50,796 bases of DNA, from positions 1 through 50,796 of the forward strand of contig JAUCBJ010006858.1 of the NCBI GenBank assembly GCA_032718475.1, in the 5' to 3' direction. This document shows positions 35,922 to 48,063 of this stretch, one piece after another (the stretch's first letter is position 1; each line of letters opens with the position of its first letter). The translations under genes were made by a program, and so were the position numbers. This stretch comes from Nemertoderma westbladi. Lineage: Eukaryota; Animalia; Xenacoelomorpha. The notes under the pieces are model-generated. The model worked only from the letters and a program-made list of their open reading frames with translations. It made no database searches and was not told the DNA's origin.

Positions 35922-36731
35922 TTGGAGAGATATGAGATATTAATTTCAAGAAAAATTACGCGATTCCTAAATTTGTACACTTCCCGGTTAAAAAGTACGC
36001 ATGTGATGGGATTAGTCCTACAATTGCGCCAATAAAAGATAAGTCATTTTCGGTAAAATGATCTTATCATTCGAGGTTAAGACCCCTAGATCCCTTCCTA
36101 TATAATAAATGTATACTTACTCAATCAACACAGAATCATTTCAAGTATTACACAATCAAAACACAAATATTTAAAGGAGCATCTGTTAATCAAAACATCA
36201 CAATTACTCAACCATAATGTCACACATTGAAAACATAATTATATTTTAATAAATACACAAGCGAACATATAATTACATGCTAACTAAACCACAACATATG
36301 TTTCAGAGCAATTTGATTTTTAGTTCTTTAACTTATAAAGTATTATTTTAATGTTAGTATACAAAAGTTCGTTCTATGAAACAATTTCGAATAATTAATA
36401 ATTTATTACATGGGAAAACAAGTAGAACCTTTTGACACTATTTTCGAGGCATTTTATTTACCGAGCGTCAGCGAGGTTAATAAAGGGTCGAGTGAATATT
36501 GAAAAAAATAATGTTCAACGTTTTTTTTCCCATGTACTGTAATACGTAATTTTATTCTTAAATTGGTACTTTGATTTGGACTTTTGATTCTTTAATAAAA
36601 CGTACAGCGATATAGTGGTTCAAAATAAATTGAACTATAGTATTTTACTATATTGTTACTGCAATTCCAATTATTGTACTTAATTAGTTTCACTCCTGAT
36701 GCTGCCTTACTCAATGTTAAATAATTTGATT

Positions 36732-37220
36732 TTCTGGAATATTTATTACGTAACTAGAGAGCCGGTTAACTACATAAACTAATATTGGATATTGAGTACC
36801 GTTTTGGAGTTACGTCGCGCAGACACTAAATTTTACATAACTTTACTGCGTGCATGGATTTTGCACAAATTACGTGCACACCTTTTCTACGACGGTGCTC
36901 TCTTTCAACACATTTAATAAAATTTAAGAATTTCCACCAAAAATATTTTATTTTACTTTTTTTTCGCCGGGAAAAAAGTAAAATCAATGCAATCCTATTT
37001 TTTTCCCTAAGCAAAAAAGTGCAACATTGCATGTGTTGAAAGAGCATCGACAGAGAAAAGGTTTGCACGTAATCTGAGCAAAATTCATGCACGCCCTAAA
37101 GTTATGGCAAATTTAGTGTCTGCAACTCTGCAAGGCGTACTCCAAAACGGAACTCAATAATATCCAATATTGGTTAATGTAGTTAAGCGACTCTCTAGTT
37201 ACGTAATAAATATTCGAGAA
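36732..37220. mobile_element. Palindromic MITE-like element
   Basis: 36732-36845 is the reverse complement of 37097-37220. The core gaaaaaagtaaaatcaa.gcaatcct also occurs at about 4338-4365. Confidence 0.75.
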
Positions 37221-37310
37221 CACTATTGAACATATTGGCCGGTATGATCCTGGTACATATGGGTCCTTATTTTTACGTTTGAATATTGAAGAAAGGGCAG
37301 TACATATAGC

Positions 37311-37860
37311 TGTAACGGGATCTGAGATCCCGACCAGGTAAGATTTATACGCGTCACTTGACTGCTAGCTGGGCTAGTGTCGTTTTGGCCAAAGGCCGTT
37401 GGGGAAAAATAACAGAGTTTGTGTTTCTCGATGTTAATCTTCCAATAATAATAGCACAGAATGTATGGCAGTATATGATTGAAATCGCAATACAGAATTA
37501 CAACAGCAGTGTGTACATATGATGTAATGACGTTGTGACGGTTAAAAACTATAACCGGTCTGCAACTCTGTGATTAATGAACTGACCGGTAAATCAGTAG
37601 TAATCATGATAACTATATGATTGATACACATAGATATTGGTTTTACCTCTACTCTACTTCGGCCTTTTGCTACCCAATGGATGATTTCCTATCTTTCCCC
37701 ACGTGCTCCCCTACCCGCTATTGGCTTATATACTAATTGTCACTTTGGCACTCCCTGTGAGTGTTACCCCCCGCCGCTAGCCTTGACTAGCTGTGTTCTC
37801 CCTGTGAGGTGGTTTGACCTCTCTCTGTGGCTTTAGGGCCTGTATCGCCCCCCCCCCCCG
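37311..37860 (-). mobile_element. Probable 3' LTR with polypurine tract of a decayed LTR element (GC-richer internal region to about 41500)
   Basis: On the minus strand, a G-run PPT (37848-37859) precedes about 530 bp ending atcccgttaca. Similar to the putative solo LTR at 34890-35413. Confidence 0.55.
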
Positions 37861-39467
37861 AGTTGGTTATGAGGCGAGATTATTATTGGTAATTTCGTAT
37901 CGCCAACTATATTGGTAAAATGCCACTGGTCCCCTTTTCGGGTGGATAATGCAAGGTAATTGAATCCGCTTACACTCCCCCCCATGCTATCTTCCCGGTG
38001 AGAAGATAGCATCAACCTTAAGTGCGCTTCAATTCCGCTGGAACCCAATCTAATATTGGGTGTGTGGTGGAGTTCTTTTCTCGGGTCGGCTTTCCAGGCC
38101 GCCCCCCTGGGTGTGTTATTACTACCCCTCCTTGGTGCAATTGCGAGCTATGTCGCACCAAGGTATCTGGTGTCTCTGTTTGAGACAATTGTGCTCCCTC
38201 TCCACACAATTTTATTTAACAATACTCAAATCTCTCTCACGGACCTTGCTGTCCCTTATTCTCTCTGTAGTCCCTTGGGACTCTTCCTCTCTCACTGCTC
38301 GCTCCCCACATTTGAATTGCACCTCCTCTCCATACTTCCCCCGTTTCCCTTGTACTCAACCGATATCCTACTCCACTCACCCCTGATGAGCCTCACCCTC
38401 CCCTTTGTGCCGTCGCACTCAAGAAGTGTGATCCGTCCAGTGTCTCGTCTTCCTGGTCAATTGGTCCCCAGTCCCAGTAGCTAATTGGAAAAAGGTTGTA
38501 TATATGACTATAGTACTTACATTGATTGTATATTTATATTGATTAATTGATAATCTACATACGTACATACTAATTGCACTTGATTATTTGCACTTAGGAG
38601 TTCGTGTTTCACCCTACATGTGGTGCCTTCCAGGCACACCTGCATCTCTGTCCCTGAGTTCTAGTTCGCTCCTCCCGTCTTCGGGAACCATCTAAGTTCT
38701 TTGCCCCTGTCATCGTCTTGTCTGGGCCGCTTCCTTCCCTCCGGCTTGTCCTCCCTGAGACTTCTCATTCTTGCCGTTACCGTCTTGCTAAGCCCCGTCG
38801 TCGGTTCTTTGGGCGCTGGTGTTATCAACTCCCGGTAACGCTTTGCAGGTGGTCCCTCCGAATGTCCCTCTTGCTTCCCCCTGGTAGCGTCCCACAGGAT
38901 CATTTTCATCGCCCGCGGCACGTGTTCTGCCAGAAAGTCCCTGAACTCGACCCTGTTTTCTGGCGACCATCTATCCAAGTATCTCTGAGTGTTGATGACT
39001 CCTCCATATGATGCCGCTGTCGCTACCTCCTGATATGTGAATGGCAGTCTCCTCTTGATAATCTCCTGGTGGGCTCCCGGATTGATATTAAAGAAGCCTC
39101 ACCTCCAACCGCTTCCAAATTCTTCCATCTCCTGTACGGTGTGTCCACCTCTCTGTCCACTAGGTGTCGGCTATCGTAGTACACCGACTCGCCCTTCAAC
39201 CCCGGGTTGTCTACAAGACCCTCAAGGCCACCTTAAAGGCTCTCCTGTGATTTAGAGGTGCTCCTGATAGCAGAAACGCCATTGGCTCTCTTCCGATAAC
39301 CACGGCCATGAATAGGTTTAATAAACCTATAATTTATCCAATCCTCCTGTAAGACATATCTCTTCTGATATATCTTTATCGCTCCCTTTCGGAACTGATA
39401 TACCTCCTGTTCCCTGGCCTCGCTCCCCATTTCAGCGAGTTTGCCAGTTCCGCTCTGTAGTCCTCTC

Positions 39468-40540
39468 GGACTTGCCCCAGTCCATCGGCTTGTGGCAAAC
39501 AAGCCTCATGAGCTGGCCCATCGCCACTGCTCCACAATGTCCTGTGCCCGCTGCGTGCTCGTCCCGGAACTTGCCCCAGTCCATCGGCTTGTGGCAGACA
39601 AGCCCCATGAGCTGGCCCACCGCCACTGTTCCACAATGTCCTGTGTTCTCTACCACCCTCAAAGTGCCAATTTTCCTTAGTTTTATTTTATTTTTATCTA
39701 TGTTCCCCCCTGTCTGTGCTATTATCCTATCTACCTTCCTACTTCCTTACGTGGTACCCTCAGTGGCCACAACTTCTATGATACTATGTACCCTAGTACT
39801 ACTACTACGGTATGTGTACGTACATACCCTTTACTTCCTCTCACTATGTGGTGCCCTCAGTGCCCACAACTTCTAACTTCTACGGTACTATGTACCCTAC
39901 TACTACTTCTATGGTATACCTACATACCATACCCTTTACACTCTTACTACGTGGCGCTCTCGGTGCCCACAACCTCTGCGGTACTATGTACCCTACTACT
40001 AATTCTATGGTATACCTACATACCATACCCTATGCTCTCTTACTACGTGGCACTCTCGGTGTCCACAACCTCCACGGTACTATGTACCCTACAACTACTT
40101 CTATGGTATACCTACATACCATATCCTTTCCTCTCTTACTACGTGGCGCTCTCGGTGCCCACAACCTCTACGGTACTATGTACTTTATTTAGTACTACCT
40201 ACTACTATTACTTTCTACTATCTTACTACTTATTTTATTATTTGCATGTTTTATTTTTTATATTTTTTATGTTGTGGGAAGGGCATGTCGTCCTCATTCC
40301 CACCCCCCTCAGTCCAACTTATTGGACGACTCCACAACCTAGGGGCGATTCTTGCAGCAGGTAACTCCCCCACTGTCCCCCTGTAGGTCCTCTTACCCTT
40401 CGTCCCACTCTCCTTGTCAGTTCCAATTCTCTTGGATCTGACCTTCCCTTCTCCTCCGTCAGTTCCAACTCTCTTGGATCTGACCTTCCCTTCTCCCCCG
40501 TCAGTTCCAACTCTCTTGGATCTGACCTTCCCTTCTCCTC
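39468..40540. repeat. Three tandem arrays: 99-bp x2 (39468-39646), 96-bp x about 4.5 (39748-40185), 42-bp x3 (40416-40540)
   Basis: Periods read from the recurring anchors cttgccccag (39471, 39570), tacgtggc (39948, 40044, 40140) and gtcagttccaa. Confidence 0.9.
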
Positions 40541-40879
40541 TGCCCCACAGAACTCCTCATCGTCGTCCCCTAGCGTCAAAATGCCACCCGTCATCTTGTC
40601 ATCACTTGGCGGTTGAATGCCGCCCTTCTTGTCATCCTCACTGGTATATGCCACCTCTGCTGGCCTCCCCCTTAATATGTGCGCCGGCGTTAAAGCCCCC
40701 GATGACCCTCGGTCATCCTTCGGTATGCATAATGGTCTACCATTCAATGCCCCTTCGCACTTTGCCAGCCCCGTGTGCATGTACAACATGCCCACTCCAA
40801 CTTTCCTGCCTCCTTTGTCACGTTTCATATTATGGGGCGACCATCAATCCCATTCAAATAATAGAATCGATTAAATTTT

Positions 40880-41110
40880 ATGCCAGGTGACCCACGAAGA
40901 TCGAGGTCGAACAATACCAGTACCTGGACAACATCAATTTCTCCGTGCCCGAACTGGACGTCCCGAAAGTATCTCTCATAGTTGGCATGGACTGCCCGAC
41001 GGCCCACGGGAGACGTTCCTGCCGAGTCAGAGAGGATGGTGGCGAGGCCCGATGGCGATTCTCACGCCATTTGGATGGACACTCAGCGGCCCAATCAAGT
41101 CTAGAATTCC
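40880..41110 (+). pseudogene. BEL/Pao-like polyprotein fragment
   Basis: VSLIVGMDCPTAH...R..DGG followed by a frameshift into GPMAILTPFGWTLSGP matches the LLIGxD...GPxAxxTxxGWxLxGP signature of BEL/Pao elements. Confidence 0.65.
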
Positions 41111-41519
41111 GTTCAAAAAGTTCCGAAGTGTCGGAATCCTCAGGGTGCATGTTCGCAGGCACAATGAGAGAAATGGAGGACGAAGGAGCAGAGCAGAAGG
41201 AGAAGGAGAGAAACCAGAGTCGGGGATGGGTATGGATCTGGAACCATGCATAGTGGAGCGTGGTGAAAGGGTGGAGGACAGAGAAATACCACCGATGGAT
41301 GAGTCAGGAGAAGAAACAACAGTAAGAGAGTGGGCGGAGGAGAATGGAGAGTATCGGTATGGGGATGGACAAGAGTGGACGGCGAGATGTCCGGAGAGGT
41401 GTCCGGAACAGATGCCGGTCCAGTTGAGAAGCATACCGATGGTGAGGAGGTCGAGTAGAAGGACAGAGTGGAAGTGGAGAGGATGTAAGAAGATTAGACG
41501 AAGGGCGGAGAAGCCCATG

Positions 41520-44290
41520 GAAGACACTGCCATGAAGTACAATGACATTGGAAATGGATGGACGTTAGTAACAAGCTCAGCAGTAAGAAACTCGGCCAAT
41601 GCATCAATTGGTGGAGTAGGAATTCTGCTAAGCCCATTTGCACTTAAGACCCTAAACAACATCGAATCTATAAATTCCAAGGTTATGATCGCAACATTTG
41701 ATGGGAATCCCAAGACAACAGTTATATGTTGCTACAGTCCAACCAATGCCTCAGAGCCAGAACAAGCAGTCAAGTTTTATGAAGAACTGACTGGACTTAT
41801 TAAGGACATTCCGAAACACAATGTTAAAGTCTTTGCTGGTTACCTGAATGAGCAAATTGGCCCAGAAGACATCAAGGGTTACACCTATAACACTAGTTCT
41901 AACAGAAATGGGTACTTACTTTTAGACCTAATGGAAGAATGTGAATTGATACCAACAAACAACACATTCGAAAAGAGTAAGGGGAAGCTATGGACCTTTA
42001 AATACCCTAATGGAACCAAAGCACAACTGGATTACATCCTTATAAACAAAAAGTGGAGAAACAGCATGATCAACTGCGAGGCATACTGCTCGTTCAACAT
42101 AATTGGTTCGGACCACAGAATTGTGACTGCAGAGATCGGACTCAGTTTGAGAGCCAGCAAACCCAGGACAAGCAAGCAAATCAACTATGACTGGGAGAAA
42201 CTCAGAACTGACAATGCTGTAAAGGATGCTTATACAGTAGAAGTTCAAAACCGCTTTGAAGCACTTCAGTCAATGGATTAAGACCAATCCACCGATTCAA
42301 TATACCAGAATATAATAACAGCCCACAAGGAATCAGCTAAGAGGCATATCCCCCAGAAAACCCAAACGAAAACAGTATGTGCCATGGCAAAACTCTGCGG
42401 TTACTTGTAAGAGAGAAGATCTTAAGATAGCCTACAAAGTTAAAACCGAACAACCAACAACCAAAAACATTAACAAGGCTGAGAAAGCTAAGGACGATCT
42501 TAAATTGGCCTACAACATCAGCCAGGAAAAGTACATATAGGATAAAACTGAAGCAATTACAACTGCTCACATACAGCAACAATCAAGACTTACCTGGCAA
42601 ACTGTAAATGAGGTATCTGGTCGGAAAAGTTGTGCAAAGGGGCGCCTCAAAGCCGATAGACCTGAAGAACGTGTTGGGAAGTGGAAAAATCACTTCAGCA
42701 ACTTGCAGCCACCAAACATCGAGGTCAGCCCTACAAGGAAAATATATGACAAGACACTACCTATAGAAACAGGGGACTTCACACCTGCCGAACTCCAAAG
42801 AAGCATTAAAAGCATGTCCAATAATAAAGCGAGTGGATTAGATGAAATCCCAGGCCCAGCAGAGGAATGGAAAACTGGAGTGCTAAACAGACCATTATTG
42901 AATGTTTGCAACCAGATGTTAAAAGGGGAAAAGCCACCACCAATTTGGACTAAAGGTCAACTAAAGCCTCTCCCCAAGAAAGGAGACCTCGGCATACCAA
43001 CAAACTATCGTGGGATCTGTCTGCTTGTGGTAGCTGCCAAAATATACAATAAAATGATTCTATATAGGATTAGGCCTCACATAGAGAAACTATTGCGTAA
43101 GAGCCAAAACGGATTTCGACCAAGTGGATCAACAATAGCTCAGATACTTGCACTACGGAGACTGATTGAAGGAATTAAGTCAAAGAATCTCCCCGCAGTC
43201 ATGACTTTTGTGGACTTCAAGAAGGCATTCGACTCCATCCATAGAGGTAAAATGCTTGAAATCCTAAGAACTTATGGAATACCAGAAGTAATTGTTGCTG
43301 GCATTGGATGGTTATATTGTGACACAGAAGCGCAGGTACTCTCACCAGATGGAGAAACTGAGTGTTTCTCAATCCTGGCTGGCGTACTGCAAGGTGACAC
43401 ATTAGCACCATTACTATTTGTAATTGTGCTGGATTACGCAATGAGGACGGCCACAAAGGGTGAAGATCTGGGATTCACACTTCAAGAACGCAGAAGTAGT
43501 AGATATCCGGCAACTACAGTCACAGACACCGACTTTGCGGATGACATCGCCCTGCTCTCTAATACGCTAGCAGATGTACAGCTTCTACTAAATAAAGTGG
43601 AGAGGGCTGCTAAGGAGGTTGGATTGCATATAAATGCTACCAAGACCGAATTCATGACCTTTAATATTGATGGAAACTTGACAACCATTGATAATAATCA
43701 ACTAAGGAAGGTCGATGACTTCCAGTACCTTGGATCATGGATAGAGAGTAGCAAAAAGGACATAGAAGTTAGGAAAGCAAAGGCTTGGGTAGCTCTATCA
43801 AAAATGGATACCATATGGAAATCAGATCTCTCCAGGCACCTGAAGACTAAGTTCTTTCGAGCCACAGTGGAAAGTGTATTTTTATACGGGGGTGAGACCT
43901 GGACACTGACTAAATCACTTGAACAACGAATTGATGGTTGCTACACAAGACTACTAAGGGCAGCCCTAAACATCAGCTGGAGACAACACATGACAAACGC
44001 CGAGCTTTATGGTACAATACCACCTGTATCAACCACCCTCCGTGAACGCAGATTATGATTCAGTGGGCACTGCTGGCGAAGTAAAGACAAAGGTCATACC
44101 TGATCTACTTCTCTGGCAACCAACTCATGGAAAGCGTAGTCGTAGACGACCGGCCATAACATATATAGATCAACTTGAAAGGGATACTGAACTTGGGAGA
44201 AACGAAATTGCGACAACTATGGAGAATCGGGAAGCCTGGAATGATCTCATTTCCACTGTCCGAGTTCGCTCGACCTAGTAGTAGTAGTAG
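41520..44290 (+). mobile_element. 5'-truncated, degenerate RTE-clade LINE
   Basis: Endonuclease motifs GGVGILL, CYSPTN, QLDYIL, SDHR. RT motifs NYRGICLL, QNGFR, FVDFKKAFDS, GVLQGDTLAP, FADD. Stops and frameshifts near 42281-42700 and at 44058. (tag)n tail at 44276-44290. Confidence 0.92.
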
Positions 44291-44565
44291 GTCGTTAATA
44301 AATATTTATTAAATTTTTCCATTGTTCTCATCTGTTTATGCATCAATTGATACCGGTACTATACTGGATTCCATCGAACGCTGCACCTTTAGTAGAATTT
44401 ATAGCGTTTTTGTTCAAAGGGTGGAAATTGATTTGTATTATAAAGTTCATATATGTACTGTATATTAATATTACCAAGCATTTTTATTGTTTCCATTAGA
44501 TAATGTTTAACTACTGCATCCTACACTATAAGCTACCAGTCTATCGGTGAAGTGATGGTTAATTC

Positions 44566-44740
44566 TAGTGTTGAGAACTGTAACTGTAATTATACTGTAA
44601 CTGCAACTGTAACTGGAATGATTTTGATGATTTTTTGATACTGTAACTATAACTGTAACTGTAACTGAAACTATAATTAGGAATTTTGAATACTGTAACT
44701 GAAACAGAAATTACTAAAAACCGATTCAGTTCTCAACTAC
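44566..44740. mobile_element. Short MITE with internal ctgtaa/ctgaaa hexamer repeats; a second partial copy lies at 45905-46065
   Basis: Termini tagtgttgagaactg and cagttctcaac(acta). Confidence 0.65.
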
Positions 44741-45354
44741 ACAATTAATATGAATGAGCATTTGAAACAGCATTGTAATAGTTTAATTAATTAATAGCAG
44801 TGGTCGATATGGGTATCATTTTTAAAACATTGTATTTTTATTTATTATTATAGTTTTGGACCTTGATAGTAATGCGTAATGGGCCACCATATTAGTCAAG
44901 TGGCCCAAAGACCCATTGCCCACTTAACTCAAAACTGGATTTATTTGGCGAGTCAAGCATCGAGTAATGAACGAGGATCTAGCATATACTGTAGTTATAA
45001 ATAGTCATAGTCATGTTTATCTATCTCAACTATTATGTAGACTATTATCAGCCTTATTTTTTGCTTCCTAAATATCGCATATCAAATGTAAATGTTTTAG
45101 ATAAACAAAAATATAGTTAATGGTAGAGGGATATATAACGGATATATATTTTTACATGATGAAAATAATAGTTACTGGTACTATTAATATCACAGGGGAT
45201 ATCACACTAGAGGCACACTGGAAATTAAATTTATATTAAGTTTACCATTATAAATTACAAAATTACAATTAAACTTAAAAAGTGAAAGGAGCATCTTAAC
45301 GAGGTGGGTCTAACCAAAACTACAAATATATGCTTACTACAACAAATTTTAAAT

Positions 45355-45620
45355 TAAGGGAAATTTTATTCGGCCGCTAGGCCATGTATTACGCACCAAG
45401 TCTGACGACTTATTTCCAGTGCGGTCCCCCCAGAACTTTACTCCCCAGAGGAAACTCTAGTACTCATTTAGCTACCACTTAAGGATGCAAGGCAGATATG
45501 CGCCCTGGCTGGTCCCTTTAAAGCATTCGTGCCGAAACGAAAACTGCCTTGGCCCATGTGAGGATCGAACCCACGACCTACAGGAGATGTGAATTCAATG
45601 CAACCACTACATCAAAGGTG
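45355..45620 (-). mobile_element. tRNA-derived SINE
   Basis: On the minus strand: A-box-like tgatgtagtgg, B box gggttcgatcc, a central gccttgcatcctt...ctaaatgagtac block and an aataaa tail. Confidence 0.75.
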
Positions 45621-46981
45621 GAAATGTACAGTAAAATGTGGGTGCCTTTAGTTCAGTAGTTGATCTTGTGACCGCCACTTTCATTACATTCAGTACTATC
45701 AGTATATTAGTTACAAAATGATTCAATGATTGAAGTGATTCATTTTTAGTTTTAGATTACCTTTTTTTATTGGGCAAGTGATTCGTTTGATTTTTGTTGG
45801 GCAAGTAAGTGACTCATTGGGTGAGTGACTGCACTGCACCCCGCCCCGATGAGACTGACATTATTTCAATGACTGCTTACTATGTGGGATAATATATTGA
45901 ATCTATAACTGAAACTGTAACTGAAATTTTATCGCGATCAAACAAAACTGTAACTGAAACTGAAATGCTGAATTTTGTAATACTGAAACTGTAACTGAAA
46001 TGTCACACTTTGAATACTGAAACTATAACTGAAATTAGTCAAAATTGATTCAGTTCTCAACACTAGACTCAATTCATACTTATTGTTTAAGATAAAGAAC
46101 AATTGAACAATTATTGCGTAAAAGCAAAAATAAACAAATGCTTAACAATTCTTCTCAACACCCCCCCCCCCCTCCCTTTGCCATCGCGTTAGTACATTGA
46201 ATCTCTAAAATTGTCTTAACAATGACACTGGACCGTCCGTCCTATACTGAAATACTAATTTCGTATTTGAGAGAAGCTTGCCATTGTTTACCCTTTAAAG
46301 TGCCTTTTCGACCCTGTGACACGGTGGTTTTGTAGCGTGCCCAAGTCCCGAAAACTATTCGACCCTTTGATACGGTGCAGTTAATTTTTCCAGCGTTTTT
46401 CCACATTCCTTGTTCCACATTTCGACACTTGTACTCTTTCGAAAGTTTGACCATTATTGACCTGATATCAATATTTATAAGTCTCCTAACTCATTGAATA
46501 ATGATTAACAACAATACTAATGGAATTGCATTTAGGAAATCCACAAATAATACTTGGATAACCCTAAAGTCTCAGAATAACATTCGGTATATAATTTATT
46601 GGAATTCATATACTGTAAATTAAAACTTCGTATTTAAATTTTTTAATATAAGATAAGAATCAATCGTTTAAATTAGGTATAAAGTAATGCCTACTACCGC
46701 ACGTCGAACCTCTTGCAGTAAACGCTGGCATGAACAAGAGTTGTCCGAAATTAACCTGTTTAGCTTTATTACATTTTGTGTCATATATGAGAATGGGAAA
46801 CGTTGTTGGGTAGTATCACAAATTATATTTCATACTGTGGGGCGAGCCACGAAGTGAGTGAGCCTTAGCGTAGGGGTACCATTAATCAACCTGTCGTTCT
46901 GTTGATCTGTCGCTTTTTTTGCAGTGTTAAATTTTAAACGTTAATAACTCGGCCAATCCTCGATGAAATCTATCCAAACTT

Positions 46982-47120
46982 GGTAGACATGTTGTTTGGC
47001 AAAAGTTTAGACATTTTCCAAGCAGAATTTACGTGTGGCCTTCGAGAAGCTAAGATAAATGGGTAGACATGTTGTTTGGCAAAAGTTTAGACATTTTCCA
47101 AGCAGAATTTACGTGTGGCC
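46982..47120. repeat. Exact 59-bp direct duplication (period 80)
   Basis: ggtagacatgttgtttggcaaaagtttagacattttccaagcagaatttacgtgtggcc occurs at 46982 and 47062. Confidence 0.9.
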
Positions 47121-47857
47121 TAAGATAAATGCAGTTAATTAGGTAATTAATTAATTGCGGTAAAAAACAGCATGTTCAAGCCTGTCTTTTAGAGGAAAAT
47201 AATTATTTTATCGTATAAGATTTCAATAATTATACTTAAAAGTTATACAGATGTAATCCCCATACCCCATTCCATTATAGTTTTTAATTAGTTCAAGTGA
47301 TTTGCTTTCAAAATGTGTTTTTAATTGATCTAAACTCTAAAGTAATTAAAACGATATTAACTGCTTAGTTATTGGCCAAAAGATTATAGTTCGCTAATAT
47401 AATTCTTCTAGGATGGGGTGTGTAGACATGCTATTGCTGGATCAGCAGGCAGCAGCAGTAAGTTAATTAGAATGAACGACTGGGCTGGGTAGGACAAGAT
47501 ATCGATTTTATATTCCTAGCTAGCCAGTGGCATCGCTATTTGCCTGCCTGCCTTACTACTCCTATGACTACCTACCGAGCTATTCATTTATTCTCAACCT
47601 GTTTAATTGATATTCCTACAGAGTCGGTCAATATATTCAATTATTCAATTATATTTTATTTATTCCGTTATATATATTGAAAAGTCCAGTAGTATACCGC
47701 TCACCGGATCCTAGTAACGATGTATCTTACCGTAAGATCTAGTAGTGTATACGGGCTCGTACAGTATCTGACAATAAATCCCGGCACTAGTGTGTTATAG
47801 CTACACCCCCCCCAAATTTTTATTACTAGCTAGTTTTTGCTATTTCTTTTTTTTGAA

Positions 47858-48063
47858 ATGTTCTAGAACATGAAATACATTAAAAAAAAAATAATAAAAT
47901 GTTCTAGAACAAATATTTTTTGTTCTAGAACAATATTTAAAAAAATTAAAAAAATTAATGTACTATTTTTCTTTTTTAATAATGTTCTAGAACATGTTAG
48001 CTATTCAGAACAATATGTTAGAAAAAAAAAAGTTCTAGAACAAATAGTTTTTGTTCTAGAACA
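47858..48063. repeat. Array of six gttctagaac palindromes in A/T runs
   Basis: (t)gttctagaaca near 47860, 47900, 47921, 47983, 48032 and 48052. Confidence 0.85.

Noticed and set aside
3203-38390. Other CTGATGA occurrences (near 3204, 22774, 27559, 38383, and minus-strand 35703) as hammerheads
   Set aside because: None is followed by stem II and GAAA with a closing stem I.
40887-42281. 464-aa ORF as a novel fusion protein
   Set aside because: A chance in-frame join of LTR-element debris to a 5'-truncated RTE endonuclease; it has a GTG start and a premature stop.
44566-46065. One 1.5-kb composite transposon bounded by tagtgttgagaactg TIRs
   Set aside because: No TSD, and the first copy has its own right end near 44740, so these are two separate MITE copies.
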